A stretch of DNA of 62,967 bases, the filler included, from Basidiobolus meristosporus CBS 931.73 (lineage: Eukaryota; Fungi; Basidiobolomycota), in the NCBI GenBank assembly GCA_002104905.1. It is 5 parts of 5 records of this genome, joined end to end, with 100 filler letters (N's around TTAATTAATTAA, not from the genome) between each part and the next. Parts side by side here need not be neighbours in the genome. Positions count along the whole stretch, not along the records: positions 16,910 to 27,159 come from MCFE01001304.1; positions 27,260 to 44,409 come from MCFE01001100.1; 3 more parts are not named here. One strand, given 5' to 3'. Position numbers and translations under genes: made by a program. A model generated the notes under the pieces. That model was not told where the DNA came from. It was given only the letters and a program-made list of their open reading frames with translations, and searched no databases. Positions 25,301-37,261 of the stretch are shown piece by piece (the first letter of the stretch is position 1; each line of letters starts with the position of its first letter).

Positions 25301-27011
25301 GGGACTAGACTTTAAGAAAACTTTTGCTCCGGTTGCCAAGTTTAACTCTATTAGGACAGTTCCAGCCCTGGCAGCTGTACATGGTCTAGATCTACACCAA
25401 TTGGACGTCAAAACAGCCTTTCTAAATGGGGATTTGCAAGAAACTATATATGGAGCAACCAGAAGGTTTTACCAATCCACAAGGCCTCCATAAGGTGTGC
25501 ACACTTAAAAAATTGCTGTATGGGCTTAAGCAGGCACCCAGAGCATGGTATAACAAGATTGACACATATCTGGAGGAAATTGGGTTCTCTTGTAGCACTG
25601 CAGATCACTGTATATATGTGAAACAGCTCAATAAGGGTGTGATCATCCTAGTTCTTTATGTGCACAACCTAATTATAGCTACAAGTGATCAAGAGGCACT
25701 TAAACAGACGAAATCGGATCTCTTGAGTAAGTTTAAGATGAAAGATCTTGGAAATTGAGCTATTTTCTTGGAATTGAGGTCAAATTTGACATACCTACGC
25801 AGAAAATTGTGCTGAATCAGTCTAAGTACATTAGGGACATTCTTAGACACTTTAAAATGGAAAATTGCAAACCTGCAGCAACTCCTATGGACAATAACCT
25901 GAAATTAAGCAAATCTCAGCCAGTTATAGATGAAAATGGCTCAAATATGCACCAAAACTTTCCCTATCAAACAATGGTTGGTAGCCTAATGTACTTGATG
26001 GTGTCTACGCTTCCAGATATTGCAGTAGCAGTTGGAATAGTCAGTCAATTCATGCAGAATTATGGATCAGATCAAATTGCAGCAGTTAAGCAGATTTTCA
26101 GATATCTACAAGGTACCATAAATATGGTACTGGAATACTCTGGAGCAGCTAATAGGCAAAAATTTGATGGTTATAGCGATTCAGATTGGGGTAGGGACTT
26201 GAGTGACAGACGCTCTACCACAGGCTATATATTTCTTTATGCTGGTGCAGCTATTACTTGGAATTGCAAGAAACAACCAACTGTGGCACTTTCTACAACT
26301 GAAGCCAAATATATGGCTGCATGTCAAGCCACTAAGGAGGCTATATGGCTACTAAAATTATTCAAAGACTTAGGTTTTAATTCAGGTGAACCAGCATGTA
26401 TTTACAAGGATAATCAAAGTTATATTTCATTAGCTAGAAATCCTACTAATCATGCCACAACTAAGCACATTGATGTACAGCATCACTTTGTGGGGGAAGC
26501 TGTAGAAAATAACTTAGTAGAGTTAGTTTACTGCCCAACTGACAAAATGGTGGCAGACGTATTGACAAAACCACTAGCTAGGCCACAGTTTGAGATCCTT
26601 AGAGAGAATTTGGGATTAAGAAATTATTTAGTTGAGGGGGAGTGTTGAAATATTGGACTATTTGGTATCATTCAGCAGCTAAAAATTTACTCAACAATTC
26701 TAGACTAGTCTTAGTCACTGTAGGACTCATTTACTGCCTTAACTTTGCCACTTTCTCCAGATATATGATCTTATGATTATTCCCCTATAGTAAGGATCAA
26801 ATTAGCCTTATTACCAAACATTATGCACTAACCCTGAAACTGCTACAGAATGCTCCTGAATATTGAGAAACCCTCCCTACTTAGTGTTGCAGCTGTATTA
26901 CTTCTACAAAGGTATAAATACTGTGCTTCTTTATGAATAAACAACAGTTCAACTATTATCACTATTTCTTGATAAGTTCCTTATATCCAAATCACTTCTT
27001 AAATTGCAACA
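22330..27011 (+). mobile_element. Full-length Ty1/Copia family B copy 1 (4682 bp). LTRs 22330-22698 and 26643-27011, TSD GAAAC, disrupted gag-pol
   Basis: 369-bp TG..CA LTRs with 1 mismatch, PBS GGTTATGAGCCCTG, PPT GAGGGGGAG. Domain order gag-CCHC, protease WYIDSGAS, integrase HSDICGP/SDNEGEY, RT LVAKGY/LKQAPRAWY, RNase H SDSDWG. Confidence 0.97.
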
Positions 27012-27259
27012 GAAACCTTAATGGCAGCTTTAGAAATATGAACACCATCTTCTTGACTATATCCAGTATAACTTTGTATCAGCACAACCAAGTTAACCTC
27101 AATGGGCTGTTTGTACACTTATATACATCATGAAAAAATATTTTGACCAGTACCACCTGNNNNNNNNNNNNNNNNNNNNNNNNNNNNNNNNNNNNNNNNN
27201 NNNTTAATTAATTAANNNNNNNNNNNNNNNNNNNNNNNNNNNNNNNNNNNNNNNNNNNN

Positions 27260-28064
27260 CCCCACAGTTTCCATTTGATCCACCAGCAGGGTAATTCAGT
27301 CAATTAGATTTGCCATTTCTTCTCCTGGCAGCATCTTTGTAGTAAAGAATTTTTGTCTCAGATAAATATTCTTAGCAGCTGCGCATGACTGGTAGGTGTC
27401 TTCCAATGCCTTCCAGGCATCTTTTGCCGTTTCTGCTCTTGAGCAATGAATTAGCAATTTGTCTCTAATATTAAGGCAAATGCAGTTAAAGGCACTTTGT
27501 TATTTCTTCTGGTACTTTAAGGCTTCCTCTCCCATGTTTTTAGGAGGGCATTCTTCTCCCATGATAATATCCCATAGGCCTCTTTCTTGTAGCAGCATCT
27601 TCATCTTCACCTTCCACACTTGGTAGTTAGATCCATCCAACTTTTCAGCTGAGGAAAAAATTCCAGTATTAGCAGTAGTAGACATTGCAGAGAGTGACAG
27701 CTCAGGGCTCATAACTGGTTGAAAGAGTCTTGGAGATATTGGAAGTGATTGGGAGAGCAAGTAGATTATGTGGCTTTCACTTAATGATTTATTGAATGTA
27801 AAAGTAGTATTATACTTTTACATGGTCTTGGCATTACAAAAACATAGAAGAGGTTAAGGAAGGTCCCATGAACATGTGCGCAAAGCTTGAGGCTGTTTGG
27901 ACCACTTTGAGAATTTTCATGTTCTGGGTACCTGGTATTTTGGTGAAAATATTCTAAGTAAATCCCAACAAGGGATTTGGTCAGTATTCTCTAGGATTTG
28001 AAGGTAATGATCCAAGTGACTAAGTTAGGTGAATAGTTAGATGGAATTACAAATTTTTACAGCA
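27260..28064 (-). mobile_element. Copia family A 5' end: LTR 27717-28064, PBS and gag start
   Basis: gag MSTTANTGIFSSAEKLDGSNYQVWKVKMKMLLQERGLW follows a PBS variant AGTTATGAGCCCTG. Confidence 0.88.
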
Positions 28065-28072
28065 CTTAAAAG

Positions 28073-28919
28073 GATTCAGAACAGGATCATGTGGGGTACT
28101 CTGATGCTGATTGGGGACAAAATTTGGAAGACAGAAGATCCACCACACAATACACCATTCTTTACTGTAAAGGAGCAATTTCATGGAATACAAGAAAGCA
28201 ACCAACCATAGCACTTTCTACCACAGAGGCAGAGTATATGGCAGCCTGTGAAGCTACAAAAGAAGCAATGTAGTTAAGAAAGCTTTTTACAGATTTAGGC
28301 CTATGTCAAAAAATGCCTCTTACTTTATTTCAAGATAATCAAGGATGTTAAAAATAGGTAGAAATCCAACTTTTCATGCTAGAACCAAGCACATAGATAT
28401 TAGACATCATTTCATATGTGAAGCTATAGAGAATTACTTAGTTAGCTTAGTTAGCTGCCCTTCAGATGAAATGATTGCCAACATATTTACTAAACCATTT
28501 GCTAGAGACAAGCTTGAATGTCTGAGGTTAGAATTAGGACTAGTCAGTATGCGCATTTAGCTGAGTGGGAGTATTGTAAAAATTTGTAATTCCACCTAAA
28601 TATTCACCTAGCTTAGTCACTTAGATCATACCTTCAAATCCTAGAGAATACTGACCAAATTCCTTGTTGGGATTTACTTAGAATTTTTTCACCAAAATAC
28701 CAGGTACCCAGAACATGAAAATTCTCAAAGTTGTCCAAACAGCCCCAGACTGTGCACACATGCTCTTGGGATCTTCCTTAACCTCTTCTATGTGTTTGTA
28801 ATGCCAAGACCAGGTAACAGTATAAATACTACTTTTACATTCAATAAATCATTAAGTGAAAACCACATACTCTACTTGTTCTCCAAATCACTTCCAATAT
28901 CTTGAAAGCTCTTACAACA
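28073..28919 (+). mobile_element. Copia family A 3' end: RNase H remnant, PPT and LTR 28572-28919
   Basis: [32 protein letters not shown], then GCTGAGTGGGAG and a 348-bp LTR. Confidence 0.9.
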
Positions 28920-29119
28920 CAAAGTATATGGCAATTTGGGCATTTGCAAGATTTTTTCATCTCTTGGGTACAAGAGATTTTGGTGGGATGTTTTCAAAAA
29001 CCTCTGCCCAAAGATCCAGGAAGAATTCCAAAGACTTATAGACCATGATCTAAGCAACTCAAATTTATAAATATTCAGGTTAATTATGAAGCTTACAATA
29101 GTACTCTCACTGTTTCTCC

Positions 29120-30780
29120 TGTTGTAAAAATTTGTAATTCTACCTGAATCACTGTTGTAAATAATAATAACCAAAAAATTTGTGCCAGCTTAGTAACATG
29201 GATCTTACTTGTTGATTTGCATTTTGTCCTGACCAAATTTCTTATTGGGATTTACTTGGAATATTTTCACCAAATTATCAGGTACCCAGATTATGATCAT
29301 TCTCAGAGGTGTCCAAAAGCCCCCAAGCTTTGCACACATATTTTTGAAACCTTCCTTAACAAGTTCTACATGCTTGTCTGTTCTACTTTATCAAAAGTAT
29401 AAATACCATACTTTTGATCAATAAATCTACAAGTGAATAACATGTAAGTCCTCTAGTTCTCCACATCACTTCCAATACTCCTCAGAATATTGCAACAACT
29501 TGGACACAGCAACTTTGATTATTTGCACAAAATGATCAAAGATCAGCTTATTGTTAGAGTAAAAATTGATCCCCCAGCTAATTTGAAGCACTGTGAAGCC
29601 TGCATATGTGGGAACCAAGCTAGACAACCTTTCAAGAGCTCTGGGCTGATCAAAACTAAGAAAAATTAGATCTAATTTACTCAGATCTGTGCGGACCTAT
29701 GGAAAATTTATCCTTAGACAGGATGAAGTATTCAATAACTTTTACTGATGATTATACAAGATATACATGGGTCTACTTTGCAGAGAGAAAGGAAGAAGCT
29801 CTATCTAAGCTCAGGGAGTTTAAAGCAATGGTGGAGAAAGAAACTGGTGAAAGAAGCAAGACAATTTGCTCTGACAAGGGTGAAGTATATACCTCAAAAC
29901 TCTTCATCCACTTCTGCAAAATTCTTGGGATAAAGCAAGAGACTACTATACCCTAATACCCACGGCAATATGCATTAGCAGAATGTGCAAATAGATCAAT
30001 AATTGATATGACAAGATCTATGATGCATGAGCAAAAATTATCCTATGATTTCTAGGTGGAATCAGTTGCCACAGCTGTACACCTTAAAACTAGGAGTTAA
30101 AGCAGAATACTTTGTAATCCTACTCCATTTGAGGCATGGTATGGATACAGAGCAAGTGCAGAACATCTAAGCATATTTGGGTGCACAGCATATTCCAAGA
30201 AGCCGCCCAGAAGTCAGTCAAAATTTAAGCCAATAAGTGTAAAATGCATACTTTTGGGCAACTGCAATGAGAGTAGAGCATACAGACTCTACAATACAAA
30301 AGCAAAGAAGTTGCTTAAGTCGAGGGATGTGTTGTTTGATGAAAACTCAAATTTTCACAAAAAATGTTATTGGATGATGACAAAAATCTGATCTCAAGTC
30401 CACAAATTGTCAGAGATGAATCAGAGCAAAACAATGAAAACATTTTCACTCCAGAGGACTCTAGAGCAAACAGATCAGCCTGAATCAGTGCCCAGAGATA
30501 TCCCAGAAGTGATCATTCTAGTATCAAAGGCTTGGAGATCTAACCAGACAAAAATAGACCAAATTCTTTATCAATGAGGGTACATATTTAGCCTATTCCT
30601 ATGCAGTCCATAGTGATAAGCCCCAGACTGTGAAAGTGGCCCTAAATAGCCCTCAGACAAGGTTTTGGAGATCTGCAATGACTGGGGAATTTCAGGGCCT
30701 AATGGAAATCAAACATGGGACTTGGTCAAATCAGCAGTCAATCAAAAATTAATTGAATGCAAATGGGTCCTCAAGACAAA
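29120..30780 (+). mobile_element. LTR A start fragment, A2-type LTR (29153-29497) and degenerate Copia integrase/RT-start remnant
   Basis: FTDDYTRYTWVYF..SDKGEVY integrase core with many stops. Confidence 0.8.
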
Positions 30781-30784
30781 ATAC

Positions 30785-31990
30785 TGGTGTAAGAGTCTTA
30801 GAGATATTGGAAATAATTGAGAAAACAAGTATATGATATTGTACTCACCTAATGATTAATTCTGCGTATTTGTAATGCCAAGACCATGTAAAAGTATAAA
30901 TACTACCTTTACATTCATAAATCATTAAGTGAAAACCACATAATCTACTTGTTCTCCCAATCACTTCCAATATCTCCAAGACTCTTACAACAGGTTATGA
31001 GCCCCAAGCTGTCACTCTCTGCAATTTCTACCACTGCTATCAGTGGAATTTTTTTCTCTGCTGAAAAGTTGGATGGATTTAACTACCAAGTGTAGAAGGT
31101 GAAGAATAAGATGATGCTACAAGAAAGAGGCCTGTGGGTTATTGTCATAGGAGAAGAATGCCCTCCTAAAAACATGGGGGAGGAAGCCTTAGAGTATCAG
31201 AAGAAAGAACAAAGTGCCTTTAACTGCATTTGCCTTAATATTGAAGACAAATTGCTAATTCAATGCTCAAGAGCAGAAACGGCAAAGAATGCCTGGAAGG
31301 CATTGAAAGACACCTACCAGTCATGTTCAGCTGCTAAGAATATGTATCTGAGACAAATATTCTTTACTACAAAGATGCTGCCAGGAGAAGAAATGAAAAA
31401 TGTAATTAACAGAATTACCCTGCTGGTAGATGAGAAGGAATCTGTGGGTGTACCAACTACTGATGAGGATGTAGTAGTTACCATCCTGAATAGCCTGACA
31501 GACAAGCTTCAGGGCCTTGTATTAGCCCTAGAGTCCAAAACTGAAGATTTGACCTTAAATTACATATATGGAAGGCTCCTGGATGAAGAATTAAGAGAAT
31601 CAAGTGCCAATACACAGGAAGAAGAAAGTGCTTTAAGAAGCAATAATAACCAACAAAGGAGGTACCCAGGACCCTACAAAGACAACAGCAACCTGTCTTG
31701 AAACTATTGTAAAAGGAAAGGACATATATCAGACCAATGTCTCAAAAAAAAGATTATCAGCAACAGAAGCCTGAATATGGAAATGCTGCAACAACTGAAG
31801 ATAAACTATTCATGTCTGCACTAGATATGACCACAAACAAGGATCTCAGACGTAGTATATTAACTATGGAGCATCTCAACATTTTACACACCAAAAAGAA
31901 CTTGTTACCCAATATCAAGAAATTCCAATTGAGAAGGTTTTCATGGGTGACAATAAAACACTTGATGGGAGAAGGATCAATCCAAGTAAA
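30785..31990 (+). mobile_element. Inverted LTR A fragments (30785-30863 minus, 30868-30992 plus), PBS 30993-31004 and degenerate gag
   Basis: ORF 31099-31701 resembles Copia gag (LQERGLW..LNSL..LVLALE); CCHC remnant follows. Confidence 0.85.
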
Positions 31991-32159
31991 CAACCTCCAT
32001 CTTAAGTATCTTGGGTGTCTAGAAACTGTTTCTTGAGCCAAGAAAATACCTAAGAGAAAAATGTTTCCAAAAGTATTTTTGTCAAACCAAAAATATATAT
32101 GAGAAAAAAATAAAAACTACTTTAGACAATGGGATCCTCAAAAGATTGGTGACAATGTA

Positions 32160-32649
32160 AGTTGAAGCTAAAAGCTTTTTGAAACTTTAATCTAACTTTT
32201 TAAACAATATATTTTACAATCTGACTTTGAGCAACTTTGTACATACCTCATTAAAACTTTATGAGCTTCCAGAACTACAATCCAAATTTATAAATATACA
32301 TTCATTTATCTGGCCAATGGCTTGTAGCTTGTCAACTTTGCTGCAATTGCATGCTGAATTCCAAGTGTTCTCTTATGGGTAGATGATGATCTTAGTGCTG
32401 GTCCTGGTAATGATAATATATGTGAGTTGTGCAATAAGTCAAGTTAGCAATGCAGGTTGAGTGGAGAGTTAGGTACAGATACCAGTGAGACTACCATAAA
32501 GTGTCATCTCTGATAATGTAAGATAAGTGGTAGATTCAGGTTGATGAGAATCAGTGACCAGCAGGATTTGCTGGTAGAGTTCTTGTTAAATGGGAATCCA
32601 TAAGGTACCAAGGCAAAGGCTTGGTCATACATACCTTCAAAGTAGCTCT
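32160..32649 (-). mobile_element. EnSpm/CACTA Tnp2 (Transposase_21-like) core remnant; probably continues at 42656-~43600 beyond the Copia B2 insertion
   Basis: Minus frame YDQAFALVPYGFPFNKNSTSKSCWSLILINLNLPLILHYQR*HFMVVSLVSVPNSPLNL matches the DGF.PF..S..S.WP..L.NLNLPP..RY..PGP.SP pattern. Confidence 0.75.
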
Positions 32650-33093
32650 TGTTGAAATACTGGACTATTTGGCATCATTTGCAGGTTACAAATTTACCTA
32701 ACAATTCTGGACTGGTTTTGGTTTCCATAGGACTAACTTACAGACCTAAATTTGCTGCTTTCTTCAGATCTATGATCCTGTGTTTACTCCCTTATAGTCA
32801 AAACCAAATTAGCACTTTTACCAAACATTATGTACTAACACTGAAACTGTTGCAGAATGCTCTTGAATGTTGAGAAACCCTTGTTACTTGGTGTTACAGT
32901 TGCATTACTTCTACAAAGGTATAAATACTGAGCTTCTTTATGGATAAACAACAGTTCAAGTATTATCACTATATTGTGATAAGTTCCTTATATACCTATC
33001 ACTTCTTAGATTGCAACAGGCTATGAGCCCTGATTGCCTTAATCTAATCTAAAGATGACATCTACCAGCAAACAGAGCAGTAGAAACATCTTC

Positions 33094-34288
33094 TGTGGTA
33101 ATGGAAAGTATTCCATTACTACAATATCTCTAAACCAATATTGCACTCATTTCTTTATTTTGCTTTTTGCTATTGTAACACACAAGAGAAAGATCAAGAA
33201 TTTCCAACTCTGAAGAGCAAATGCTCCAGACCCTGACAAGCAATCCACCCAAGAATATTACGTCGTACAGAACACGTAGTAGCCAACACATGATTCAAAT
33301 TACAGCTCATTTGAAGCAGTACTTAAGGAGTTATGACCAAAAGAGTCCAACTATTATATATACTATGCCTTATTGCTAGGATTACTATGGTGACTTTGAT
33401 CGCGTGTAACTTTTGAACCAGCCAATCAAATCACGTGAAATCCCACAGGTGCTGCGCCTATGTTCAATCTGCGCCACTGCAAAATTTTAGCTTTGTATCA
33501 CGTGTATTGCTTGCGCAATTGCCCAAAAACTTTGATCCTTCAAAATTTTCATATATATGACTTCCCCAGCTGAAAAATAAAGAGAGAGCCTCTCTTTCCA
33601 GAATCTCCACACTACAATTACAAGTTTAAAGGTTATAAGACTTCCCCTGCATCACTTGCACTGTTGAGTATTCTGACTTTGATCGGTACTACATCAGTAA
33701 AGAGACTGCAAAGCTCACAAGAATCCAATCTAAGTTCTACAAGAAACTACCACTTTTCTGTTGGAAAAGTCCCCTCTAAGAAACCCCTTTACTCTAAAGA
33801 CACCCCTTTAGAGACCCCTTTAAGAAACCCCTTTACTCTAAAGAAGCCCCTTGAGGAACCCCTTTAGTGTAAAGTCCACTTTAGAGACCACTACAAGAAG
33901 CCCCTCTACTCTAAAGACACCCCTTTAGACACCCCTTTAGAGACTTCTACAACACACCCCTTTAGGTTAAAGGGGAGTTCAGAATTTCCATATTAGGAAA
34001 TATTTTCTCAGAAAGGAAAGTGACTTCCAAATAAGGAAAAGTTACTATAAAAGTAAATAAGCCCATTAGTCAACAGAAGGTCAGAACACTGCTGTAGAAG
34101 TGATAAACACTGCCTACAGTATATTTTGAGCCCAAGATTGAGGAAATTAGTGAAAGTTATATCTTCTATCGGTACATCAAACTCCCAGTAAACTATTTCA
34201 GTATTAGCATACTGGAAGTTGTTGTATATTGTTGATTAGCCTCTACACTGTAGAACAAGCCCCAAACTAATAATAATACAACACAACA
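33094..34288. mobile_element. 1195-bp TG...CA insertion with 4-bp TSD CTTC (solo LTR of another family, or Ginger-like non-autonomous element)
   Basis: Absent from the homologous position of Copia B1 (aacttCTTCccag); CTTC flanks both ends. Confidence 0.8.
33771..33975. repeat. Imperfect ~12-22 bp tandem array with 11 CCCCT and 1 AGGGG motifs
   Basis: Units such as AGACACCCCTTTAG and AAGAAACCCCTTTACTCTAAAG. Confidence 0.85.
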
Positions 34289-37261
34289 CTTCCCTGTAAA
34301 GGAGAGGTTTGATGAAAAAAACTACAGACTTTGGAGTATCAAGATGCAGATCTGCCTTGATGAAAGACAACTTGAGCACATAGTACCAGGAGAGGAAGTT
34401 GAGCCCAAAAGAACAGCAGAAGAAGTTGAAAAGTTTCAAGAGTAGAGGTAAGCCCTTCATGTAATATGTATTGATGTGCCAGATTCCTTGAACAAATTCA
34501 TGCTGCTAATACTGCCAAAGAACCATGGGAATCCTTAGAGAAGATCTTTTGAGTAAAGTCAGCATCAAGCAAGCTCTATTCAGCACAAAAGCCCTTCAAT
34601 ATGTGGAAGAAACCAGATGATGACATGCTTCAACTCATCACCAGAATGAACACTTGCAGAAGAACTTTAAAGTATCAATGCTGGTGCAGATGATGCAGAA
34701 AAGATACTCTGTCTGCTTTGCAGCTTACCAGACAAGTATGAGCCACCCACACTTTTGTTTGAAAGCAGAGAAGACAATTGGAGTTCTGAATATGTCAAAG
34801 GAAGGCTTCTCCATGAAGAATTCAGACTTTGTGATCAGGCTGAGAAAATTGAAGATAATGCTTCATTCAGCTCACAAAGGTACACAGAAATGAAGGGAAA
34901 GCAACAGAACCAAAGAAAACCTGGTTGCTGTAACTACTGTAAGAAGCCAGGACACTGGGCAGGAGAATGCAACAAGTAACAAGCATACAAAAGACAGAAA
35001 CCAGAGCAGGCAAACCATTGGACTACTGATGAATACTTATTTGTAACTGTACAAGAGAGTACAAGAAATGAAAGTAATGAATGGTATATTGACTCTGGAG
35101 AATCACAGCATATTTGCAGTGTAAAGGAGGTGTTCAGCAACTTGGAGACTATTTCTGTAAGAAAGGTTTTTTTTGGGAGACAGCTCTGCACTGGAAACAA
35201 CTGGAAAGATCTGTGTTACAGGAGAAGGGAATGAACTACAAGTTTTGTGATTAATAAAGTGCAACCACAGTATACATTGAGAATAGATGCCCAACAACAG
35301 CATTACATGATTCTACACCCTTTGAAACATATACTGGCAAGAAACCAGACCTCCAGCACCTTAAGATCTTTGGCGGTGATGTTCTCTATTATATCACTGA
35401 CAAAAATTGCTCAAACTTGGAACCAATGAGTAGAAAAGAGACCTTTCTTGGGTATTGTGAAGATACTAAAGGGATAGAGTGTATGATGGCAAAACTCAGA
35501 AGCAGATCAAGAGCAGGAGCTGTGTATATAAGGAGAATCTAGATTAGAAAGTCACTGAAATCATTGGCTAGCTGCAGGACAATGCAATCAGCACTAATGA
35601 AGAAAACACTCCCAACTCAGCCAGATATGGAAGAAGATTATACCAGTTCCAGATCAGAGCTGATCATTGCAATTAGGAGACCTATCTGAATAAGAAATAC
35701 CCTTGGATCCTAGTGGCAGACATCCAGGGATCATGAAGAAGCTTGTCTTGCCTTATATGCCAAACCTCCAAATTTGGAACAGGCAATGCAGAGTCCAGAT
35801 GCTACTATTTGGCAACAAGCCATGCAAGAGGAGTACCAATCACTGATCAAGGCACAAACATAGGAACTGGTAGATTTACCAAATGGGAGAAAGCCAACAG
35901 GATGGTGATGAGACTACAAAACAAAGATGACATCAAATGGCGCCATTGATAAGTCCAAGGCTAGATTTGTGGCTAAAGGCTTTTCCCAGATCCAGGGACT
36001 AGACTTTCAGGAAACATATGCTCAAGTTACTAAATAAAACCCTATAAGGACAGTTCTAGCCCTGGCAGTTGTACACAGTCTGAATCTACACCAAATAGAT
36101 GTCAAAACACCCTTTCTAAATGGGGATCTGCAAGAAACTATATATCCAGAGCAACAAGATTGTTTACTAATCCCAAAGGCCCTATTAGGGTGTGCTGACT
36201 TAAGAAATTGTTGTGTGGGCTTAAGCAGGCACCTATAGCATGATGTAACAAGATTGACACATATCTAGAAGAGATTGGGTTCATTCGCAGCACTATATAT
36301 AGCAGTATTTATGTGAAACTGCTCAAAAAGGGATTGATTATCCTAGTTCTCTGTGTGGACAAGCTAATAATAGCTACAAGTGAACAGCAGGCACTTAAAC
36401 AGACAAATTATACTACTTCAGCAAGTCTGAGATGAAAGATATTTGGAGTTGAGCTATTTTCTTGGAACTGAAGTCAAAACTGACATACCTGCACAGAAAA
36501 CTGTGCTGAGTCAGTCTAAATATCTCAGGGATATTCTTAGCAGGCTTAAAATAGAAAATTGCAAGTCTGCAGCTGCCCCATGTGAAACACCCTGGAAATA
36601 GCAGATCCCAGCCAGCTTTAGGTGAAAACAGCTCAAGTACGGCCCAGAATCTTTGCTATCATCCAATGGTTAGTAGTCTGATGTACTTGATAGTATCTAC
36701 ACATTCAGATATTGCAGTGATGGATGGAACACGCAGTCAATTCATACAGACATATGGATCTAATCCAATTACAGCAGCTAAGCAAATCTTCAGATATCTG
36801 CAAGGTACCAGTAATATGGTCAGAAATACTTTGGAGTTACTAATAGGCATAGATCTGATGGCTATAGCAATTCAGATTGGGGTAGGGATTGAATTGATGG
36901 ATGCTCTGCCACTGAATTTTTATTTCTTTATGCTGGTGCAGCTATTCCTTTGGATTACAGGAAACAACCAACTCTGGCCCTACCTACAGCTGAAGTTGTA
37001 AATATGGCTCCTTGTCAAGCAACTAAGCAGGCTATATGGCTACAAAAATTATTCAAAGACTTAGATTTTGATTCACATTACCCAACTTGTAGTTATATGG
37101 ATAATCAAACTGTATTTGATTAGCTAGAGATCCTATCAATTATGTGAATAATAAATACATCAATATCCAACACCACTTTGTCAGGAAAGCTGTAGAAAAT
37201 AACTTAGTAGAGTGAGTTTACTGCCATGCAGACAAAATGGTGGCAGATATATTGACAAACC

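Noticed and set aside
22330-27011. Neurospora-type RIP as the cause of TE decay
   Set aside because: CpA/TpG are abundant and CpG is the depleted dinucleotide, although a few TGG-to-TAG and CAG-to-TAG stops occur.
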